Part shown: positions 55,276-64,000 of the stretch, piece after piece
Layout: every line of letters begins with the position of its first letter
How positions within the stretch are numbered: the stretch's first letter is position 1
From: Eledone cirrhosa
Lineage: Eukaryota
DNA length: 64,000 nucleotides
NCBI GenBank assembly: GCA_964016885.1
Contig: OZ024741.1
Location: 99,944,001-100,008,000 of the forward strand
Direction of reading: 5' to 3'
The notes under the pieces: generated by a model
Databases searched by the model: none
The model's input: the letters and a program-made list of their open reading frames with translations, nothing else
What the model was told of the DNA's origin: nothing
Position numbers and translations under genes: made by a program

Positions 55276-57343
55276 AGATAAGATTAATGCCGCTCGGCTT
55301 GACTTCAACTATTCATCACTAGGTGTACTTTGCTTGTCCAGTCTTTCATTAACAAGAGGGTGTCCATCATATTGTTAACCATGGATATTCTGTCCTTTTT
55401 CATTATCAGAACTTTGCTTGGCTCTCTGAATCACCTGTGTCTCATTTCATGGGCTTTTATATTGCAAACAACTTTGAAGCACAATTTCTCATTTGTCAAT
55501 CTCTTCGGAATAGATTAGGCACAGCAAATTTTCCTCAGATTCCTCCATTAAGGAATCTATTGCTTTTCTTCATGCCTTCTATTATCACCAACTATTTTAC
55601 CGTGCTAACCATCGAGGACGAGGATAAAATTAACAGCAATCAAATTTGTATTTTAGAATAAAAGTATTTTAAAATCTTTTTATTGAATTCTGTCTCGACA
55701 AAAGAGAATAATTTATTGTTGTACTTGATGTTCATTTCTGACATCAGTTGCTGTTAAACACTTTTATTTAACTCTAGTAATTACATTCTCCACTGTCGTT
55801 TCTATTGTGTCGGCTTGGTTTTGTTTTTAATTGTTTCTAAATTATCGACGCTGCTGCTGTTAATAATATTCTCATTGTTATTGTTGTTTTCGGTGCTTTT
55901 GTTGTTGCTGTTTCTGCTATTACCCCCACTACTGCTGCTGTTGTTATTGCTGTTGTTGTCATCGCCGTTGTTATTGTTATTGTAATTGTTGTACTTGTCT
56001 GATGACATCAGACATCATAGTTTTGAATGCTAATGTTGTGTGATGCAGATATAATGAGTCAAATTCATGAGTCAAATGTTGTGGTGGGGTATTGATGGGC
56101 AGATGTGGAGATGTCAATGTTTGGTAACGGAAAATTTTATGACTATCAACTATAATTGACTGAATACAAAACAAAATTCTAATGCAACAGTGAGCGTGAC
56201 AAAATAAATATAGAAGTAGAGCCTCGGTGTTGGGGAAGATCACTACAACCAAACTGAATTGCTTCAATAACATCAGAATCAAAATATTGCGAGTGTCAGT
56301 TCATTTAATCACTCAATTATTATTAAGAGTGATCAAATATATATTTTCTGTTCTTTTAACTGCTTTTAGTCATAAGAGTACCATCATGATGGGTCATTGC
56401 CTTCAACGATTTTCGTGGTCATATCGACCACAGTAATTATTTCAATCTAATACACTGGATCAAACATAAACAACAGAAATACATGCGTGGGCGTTCACAA
56501 ACACACACACACAGACTGACAAACACAGACATACAGACACTCGCACATATCAATTCACACATAAGCCTACACAAATACACATACACACACGCACGCCCAA
56601 ACATACACATACAAAGAAGCACACACACGTACACAAACACACTAACACAGAGATACACACTCACATTCACACACACACACACACGTACACAACACAATAA
56701 TACACAGACAAATACACATATGTGAGAGTGCACGCAAGCTAGCTAACATTCAAACAGTTCGGAAATAAATTCAATGGAAGGAAGTTACGAAACTAATCGA
56801 TAAAATAAATGTTATAGAGCTATATTATGCACTCTAACATGCACCAAGACAGGCTGAAAGATAATTACATTATAGTATATAAGAATATCACATGTAGATG
56901 TATCAACCTTCCTCGAACAAACAGGGGATCTATACGTCCAGCCTGTAGCTTCATCGAAGGAAATAACGGAATACAATAATGTATTTGCTTTAAATATATA
57001 GCAAGTTATATCACGAGATTTTGTGAGCCTTTACAGTTCTTCGATTCACTCATATTCAGAGATATACAACACCCCAAAGTAAATCAACATACATTAGGAT
57101 AGGAATATTAGAAGTTCTAAATGTCGTTATTAGTGAAAATGCATTCAGAAATAAAATTCGAAGTAGAAGCCATCGTTGTCCTCTATGCATGCATGAGGGA
57201 GTCATAAGGGCGTCGTATTAATAAACGGCGTTTCTATGGCATTTTAAAACCATCCTTCTCCAGGTTTGAATATAACAGATTTCTTTAAGAGAAGGATAGG
57301 GAATAAATGAGAGCAAGTGAGAAAGATATATAGAGGAATAATC

Positions 57344-57601
57344 GCCCCCAGTACTAGACTGTTGCATATTTTATCGATCTCGAATCAATTAAAGTTAAAG
57401 TTGTAATGTTGGCTACGGTAGGATTTGAACTCAGAGAACAGAAAGCCGAAACGAATACCGCAAAACATTATATCTGATATTTGAATGATTCTGTCAATTA
57501 AATCATCAAATAGAATGTTTTGCGGTATTCGTTTCGGCTTTCTCTTCTCTGAGTTCAAATCCCACCGTAGCCAACATTACAACTATACCTTTAATTGATT
57601 C
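57344..57601. mobile_element. SINE with an inverted duplication (arms ~57382-57480 / 57505-57601)
   Basis: GGATTTGAACTCAGAGAA..GCAAAACATT mirrored by AATGTTTTGC..TTCTCTGAGTTCAAATCC. Confidence 0.7.
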
Positions 57602-57609
57602 TACTATTT

Positions 57610-57641
<32 letters not shown>

Positions 57642-57647
<6 letters not shown>

Positions 57648-58200
57648 CGGGTAAAATTCCCGAGATCCATGGACGAGTTGTCGCCAGTGGTCACTGTCCC
57701 TCATTATCGCTGCCATGTGCTGCGTCTCCAACAGACCAGTGTCTGTCCTTAGGGAATCAACATATGTTAACCTCGCTTTTCCTCCCCCAGAGTGTCCATG
57801 CAGGGGCTCCCATAGGAGCACTGAGTGCAGTGTCAACTCTGGATATGTGTGTGAACATGTCCAGCTAACCTAAGTCACCTCTGTGTCACTTTTGAGCTGA
57901 CTTTTAGGAGGCTGCCGAACAGATCTCAGTGTATACTGATTAATCTTCAGTGCCACCCACCATCTGAGTGAGTTTCTTGGTTAGTGTCCAAGTCTCAGAC
58001 CCGTACAGCAGCACAGACTCAACTACAGCAACGAGGAGACGGATCTTCAGGTCCACACGAAGGTCCGACTTCCACACCGATCTCAAGCTGTGGCACGCCG
58101 CCCAGGCTTTGCTCTTCTTCTCGACTACATCATCTTCCGTATTCCAAATCTTTGCACCCAAGTACAGGAAGTCGTCGACTAATTCTAGGGGATCCCGCCT
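57642..58200 (-). mobile_element. RTE-clade LINE 3' fragment
   Basis: VDDFLYLG..KIRLLVAVVESVLLYGSETWTLT...EFYPP followed by (TA)n. Confidence 0.85.
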
Positions 58201-58444
58201 ACATTAGTAATCTTGTCTGACTTATTAATATTCTCTACCAGATACTTCGTCTTAATCTCATTAATTCTCAGCCCCACACTCATCGACACAGTCTCCACCT
58301 CCTGCCTCCTTCACTGTGGACTATTGTATGCACCGAGCAGGAGAGTTAAGGCGAAAAAGATATCGGATGCTGAATTGACATATATATACAATATGTACAT
58401 ACTCAAACACAGACGCACGCGCGCACACACATACACACACACAC

Positions 58445-58475
<31 letters not shown>

Positions 58476-58479
58476 TACG

Positions 58480-58529
<50 letters not shown>

Positions 58530-58531
<2 letters not shown>

Positions 58532-58883
58532 ATGAAAAAGCGAAGTAGTTTCAGATGTTAAAGTCCTTTAATAATAATGCTGTGATACATATTTCAATGA
58601 CAAGAGTGGCCACAGGGTTCGGTGCGCCCAGTGCCGTGACATCATGAGACAGCTTGTTACATAATAAGGTTATCTTTCCGAGGCAATCCAAATTGAATCG
58701 ACATGGGAACGGACAAAGCGTGTGCTCTTGAGTTCTTAATATAACCTTATTATGTAACAAGCTGTCTGATGATTTCACGGCACTGGGCGCACCGAACCGT
58801 GTGACCACTGTTGTCATTGAAATATGTATCACAGCATTATTATTAAAGACTTTAACATCTGAAACTACTTCGCTTTCTTATTC
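58530..58883. mobile_element. Fold-back element, ~143-bp arms with a ~67-bp spacer, one HHR per arm
   Basis: Arms 58530-58673 / 58741-58883; (TA)/(GA) microsatellite on the left. Confidence 0.8.
58761..58835 (+). ncRNA. Type I hammerhead with intact core and enlarged stem II; mirror copy 58579-58653 (CTCATGA)
   Basis: GCTGT-CTGATGA-46 nt-GAAA-TATGTA-TC-ACAGC. Confidence 0.7.
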
Positions 58884-59854
58884 GATATATACTCCGTCAC
58901 TCCTATGTGGAAAAAGTACGTTGAGTGCTTGAATTGAATTGCATCAATGTTTACCTTAAGTATATATATATATATGTATATGTATATATATAACATTAGT
59001 GGTGTTATCACACACTAAAGAATCAAATGAATACCGATTCTGTCAGCCAATGTGTATTGTCTACATACAACACATAATTATACAATATGCAATATTGTTA
59101 GTAAAACGGACTACTATTTTCAAACCATTAATACGATTATTGATCTGCTTTGAGAGAATCGCGCTTATTATTCTGTCACCTGTATTTAATTATGTCCGCA
59201 GCGTCCACACGTACATCTCAACAGCAGAGTCTATATATAATCATGGAGATACTGCAGGTGTTCTAACTCTCAAAGTAATCAGCTCTAGCTCAGGGTAAAA
59301 TTGAATGGTTTAATGGAGAGCAGTGTCGAGTTTATTCCATCCTTTAGGAAATACTGCGGGTAGTTGTAATTAAGAATGAATCAAAACATGTATATATACG
59401 CATATATTCATAATCATAGTCTTTAACGTTCAATCCATTCAATAAAATAAATTCAAAGTGACTCACTCGAAAGTGAAACGATCAACCTGAAATACACGTG
59501 TTTTGAGATAGTGATTAATGTAAAAAATTTGAAAATAATATGAGACTATATAAATATAACTGTATTTGCTTCTCGAGTTGGATTTTGTTTCACACAGAAA
59601 GGAGATAGATTTTAAATATTAATTATTTTCCCAACAACATTAGTGACAAGACTGAAGTTAAATAGATACGCCTAGATATAGAAGATCAGATAGGCTACAT
59701 GACAAAATGAAAATAATTGGTTTTTCAAGACAGGTTTTAATCAAAGAAAACGTATATATAGATATGTATACTTATGTATATATGAAGTCGCATATACCTA
59801 TGAGTACAGATAAAGTATACATACACAAAAGGAAATGTTACTGATGTGTGTATG

Positions 59855-59885
<31 letters not shown>

Positions 59886-61879
59886 TGCCCCCTCGTTATC
59901 GAGTATGTCCATTGCATGATATACAGTTATTAATAATTATTAATGAATTCTATCGTGCAATGCCTGTGCATGAAGATATTTTTTAAGGTGAGCAAAGACT
60001 GTGCACTGAACAAATCCCTCTCTCTGAGCGACAGTAGCTATAACTCGAAAAGAAGAAAATATCAACATCATCGGTAACTACTGAGCCGCAGGTTTTATAT
60101 CGGAGTCATCCCATAACACATATATATGTGTTGTATTCATATAATGTTTATGAATGACGATATTACCGGACGTAGTTAAACTCATTTACTGCTTCATGTA
60201 AAGCTGGATGCAGTCTGGATCACACCGAATATTCAAAACATTACCAACCTAACAAATGTTTCTGCCGGCATAGAATTTCAAGCACTGGGTTATAATTTTA
60301 TAATTTTATAATTTTCCCATAGTTTTCAATTCGGGTCCTGCGTCATTAGAGTTTATTAAAGGCTTCATTAGAAATAAAGAAAGCATTATTATTTGACACT
60401 TAATAATAATTCATTACATTAAAACACGCATTATGGTAACAATTTACAGAAGGCGAATGTTGCAGAAGTTTCAAAAAAAACATTTCAAAAACAGTTTGAG
60501 TATGGTAATAAGGAAGAAATGACTATGTTTGTGAGAGTTATATGATGGTCATAGAGAATCTGATTTTGAGTTACACTAACGAAAGCATTGAATTTATCTA
60601 AATTAAACTGAGCCAAACCAAAGCTATATTTAATCCATATACTCTCTATGATGGATCACATGTGGAGGTTGCCCTATCTGGAGCTGGCCGTCATTGCGCA
60701 TCAACTTACCTCCACTACCGGACACTTGATGACAAGCACGAACCAATTTGATAGCAAGTTGTCTATAATCCAAACTGGCCGATCTGCGCCTCATACATCT
60801 TACTTTTGTAGCACTCTGCATCTTCAATAGAAAGAGGATTTAGGGCATCGCGGTAGGGTCTATAATTTGCAACCCTCCCCGTACACCCGCTTGCCACAAA
60901 TATTTTGCAATATGCAGCTTCAAAGGCATACACATCTGTTTGAAATCGAGCAGCACCATCCCCATCCTGGTCTGGAAATGTGTCTTTATTAACAAGCTGG
61001 ACCCCTGCCACAAGGGTCCTTCAAGCAGCTTTCTTCGCAGCGTCTTTGACGCTGAAGAAATTGTCCAGTGTCATTCTGGCAATTAGAAAAGCAATTGTAA
61101 TTCCATTCCTCACTGCTTCTTCTAGTTTAGATAATTATCTTTTTCTATTACTACATCTTTACTAAATGCTATTATTTTGCTCTAATCAGTCTCTCGAAAG
61201 CGTACCATCACCTATTGTTGGCGATTGCTTCCGTCAATTGACGTTTAACTAATGCGCCAATCTGATCTCTATAAACATCTTACGCGGAGAACGACGGATC
61301 ACTGTCTACGATATTCTATCTAGATCGTCGGTACAGATGAGAATTTTGTTGTGTGTTTCAGACTGGCTGTACTTATGGACACCCTACATTATTCCTATCT
61401 ACTAGCTCAATAAAAATATCTTCAAGATCATATACGGTCATTTTCTAGATGACCGTGTGTGATTGCTCCATATCCACATTGGTGCATTCGTGAGATATAG
61501 TCGGTACTTCTCAGACAGTTGAAACAGTCTAAACATGGTTTCGAGGTGTTTGCTCCCCAATCTTCTATTAACTATTTCCACCTGAAGTTTACCAACACGC
61601 CATCCCATTCTTCGATTGCAGGACTTGGGACAAAAGTAGAGACTATCATCACTGTCAGGTTAGTTCGTTACATTTATGTTATTATTATTGTCACATATAT
61701 ATATCTGTATGAGCTAGCGCATGTGCGCATTCGTTGTGTGTATGAATGGGTACATGTGTGTGCGGGAATATATGGGTATGTATACTTGTGTATATGTGTG
61801 TGTATGTGTATATGTTTAGATAGGGTCACGCGTGTGTGCGTGTAGTTGTTTATATTTAAAAGCATTGATGCAGCTACCT

Positions 61880-62045
61880 AGTCTGTGATGATAAGAGATA
61901 TCATGGTCCCTTCGCCAAAGCGTCTGGCCATAATCTGGGAGATACAGGGTTCGATTCCAAGCAGCAGCCGATGGCAACTTCTTTTCACCGCATTGTATAA
62001 GGTATTTCGTATCATCTCCACTTATAAGCTCACCACTCTTTATAA
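61880..62045 (+). mobile_element. Second tRNA-headed SINE-like repeat
   Basis: B-box GGTTCGATTCC at ~61948; ends at (TA)n. Confidence 0.4.
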
Positions 62046-62059
62046 ATATGTATATATAA

Positions 62060-62131
<72 letters not shown>

Positions 62132-62213
62132 AAATGGGGAGCATATATATATATATATTGTTGCAATATATATACAGATGTGTTGGTATCTGTGTTTCAT
62201 CACTTACATGTTA

Positions 62214-62269
<56 letters not shown>

Positions 62270-62295
62270 GGAGAGAGAGATAGATAGATAAATAT

Positions 62296-62559
62296 ACACG
62301 GGTGTGTATGATTGTGTATAAAAGATTATATTAATAAAAGGAATTCCAACTTTGTCTGATTTACTCGTTTTATTTACAATCCTTTAAAATTTATAATGGT
62401 ATTATAATGAAATAGTATGATAGAATATTAAATGTTAAGTGTTAATTAACACTTAACATTTAATATTCTATCATACCATTTCATTATAATACCATTATAA
62501 ATTTTAAAGGATTGTAAATAAAACGAGTAAATCAGACAAAGTTGGAATTCCTTTTATTA

Positions 62560-62562
<3 letters not shown>
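62296..62562 (-). mobile_element. 234-bp spacerless palindrome (62329-62562) plus tail; same family as 54002
   Basis: Near-perfect symmetry about GTTAA|TTAAC (62445/62446); tail ACACGGGTGTGTATGATTGTGTATA is the reverse complement of 54370-54395. Confidence 0.85.
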
Positions 62563-62599
<37 letters not shown>

Positions 62600-62721
62600 A
62601 TGTGTGTGTATGTACATATATATACAAAGTTAGAGAGAGGGGAAGTGGGAGAGAAAGATACACACAAACACACAGACACACAGACACACAGACACACAAA
62701 CACACACACATATATATATAT

Positions 62722-62836
<115 letters not shown>

Positions 62837-63122
62837 GAATAATCGAAGTCAGTTTTGCAGCATCTGTAAAAATTTATTGCCATATTACAATTGTTCCTAT
62901 ATCGATCAACTCAAGGTAAAATCAAAATGTTATTGGTGGGGTTTCGGGCAGTGAGGGAGGGGATGGCGTAACTGTAGTTTTAATTTTAAGGGTAAAGAAT
63001 AAAGAATTAAAGGTAAAAAACATAAATGGTAAAGAAAAGAAAAAGTTAAATAAAGTTAAATAAAGTAGGTAAATGATGTAAAAAGTATAAAATGAGGCGC
63101 TGCTTGTAACTAACTAACTTAC

Positions 63123-63240
<118 letters not shown>

Positions 63241-63779
63241 GTATAGTACCATTAGAAAATGCACACAGTTATATAACATGAACAGAGAAATGAATAGTTA
63301 CCTCATCTGCCATGTTGCTGTCAGTTCACTTTCACTCGGGCCGGTGGTACGATGAAATTAGAAAGAAAAGACAGACAAATTTACTGGGCACTTACAAACA
63401 AAGGAGAAATACGTGAAAAACTATACCTAGGATGAAATGGATATGAGACAGTGTATGTAAACGTGCATCGCAAACGTCAGACGCAGGAATGTGTTAGTGT
63501 ATATGTGCGCGTGATTATCTGTTAATGCTTTGTTTTACTACATCAGAGATATCAAGGTATTGCAGGATCATCAAATCCCCGCTGGAAATGCATTGTATCA
63601 TTTAATAAAGTTCTTTGGACTGAGATAGAATTCTATTATTTTCGATTTGTATGTACATCTATCCTGAAATCGATATCCCTGTCATAATGATCTCGTCCAG
63701 GAAATCATCCATATATATATATATATCCACAGAGATTGCTATTGTTGTAATCATTATTATGATCACTATCACGATCTTC

Positions 63780-63990
63780 ATCATGAACATAATGATGATG
63801 ATGATGATGATGATGATGATCATCATCATCATCATCATAATCATCATCATCAACTCTACTACCATTACCTCAACTACCATCACTACTATGACATCATCAT
63901 CATCATGAGATTGATCATCACCACCATCAATATAATCATCAACAATACCAATCTATATCATCTTCAACATCATCATTATGATGATCGCCA
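63780..63990. repeat. (ATG)/(CAT)n trinucleotide repeat region
   Basis: Direct inspection. Confidence 0.9.
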
Positions 63991-64000
63991 TCGTGCACGT

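Noticed and set aside
55290-55610. Possible RTE C-terminal remnant (minus)
   Set aside because: Only scattered motif resemblance; too degraded to annotate confidently.

Overview
Repeat-dominated, AT-rich eukaryotic DNA with no recognisable host gene. The SINE family and very high microsatellite load suggest an octopod cephalopod (inference). Contents: (1) a nested cluster of LINEs separated by (TAA)n tracts: two Tx1/L1-clade elements (15.8-25.6 kb, minus) and two R4/Dong-clade elements (25.7-27.1 and 28.2-31.7 kb, plus); (2) a 5'-inverted Penelope-like element (PLE; RT plus GIY-YIG, 47.2-50.4 kb) between (TA)n tracts, with an intact minimal type I hammerhead ribozyme (HHR) in its 3' UTR; (3) RTE, CR1, Tc1, MITE and SINE remnants. 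The most notable signal is a set of short (0.15-0.9 kb) non-coding fold-back elements from several unrelated sequence families, sitting in or beside (TA)n tracts. Most carry head-to-head hammerhead ribozymes or hammerhead halves. One palindrome is centred at its family's predicted self-cleavage site. All folds were done by eye, and no searches were run.
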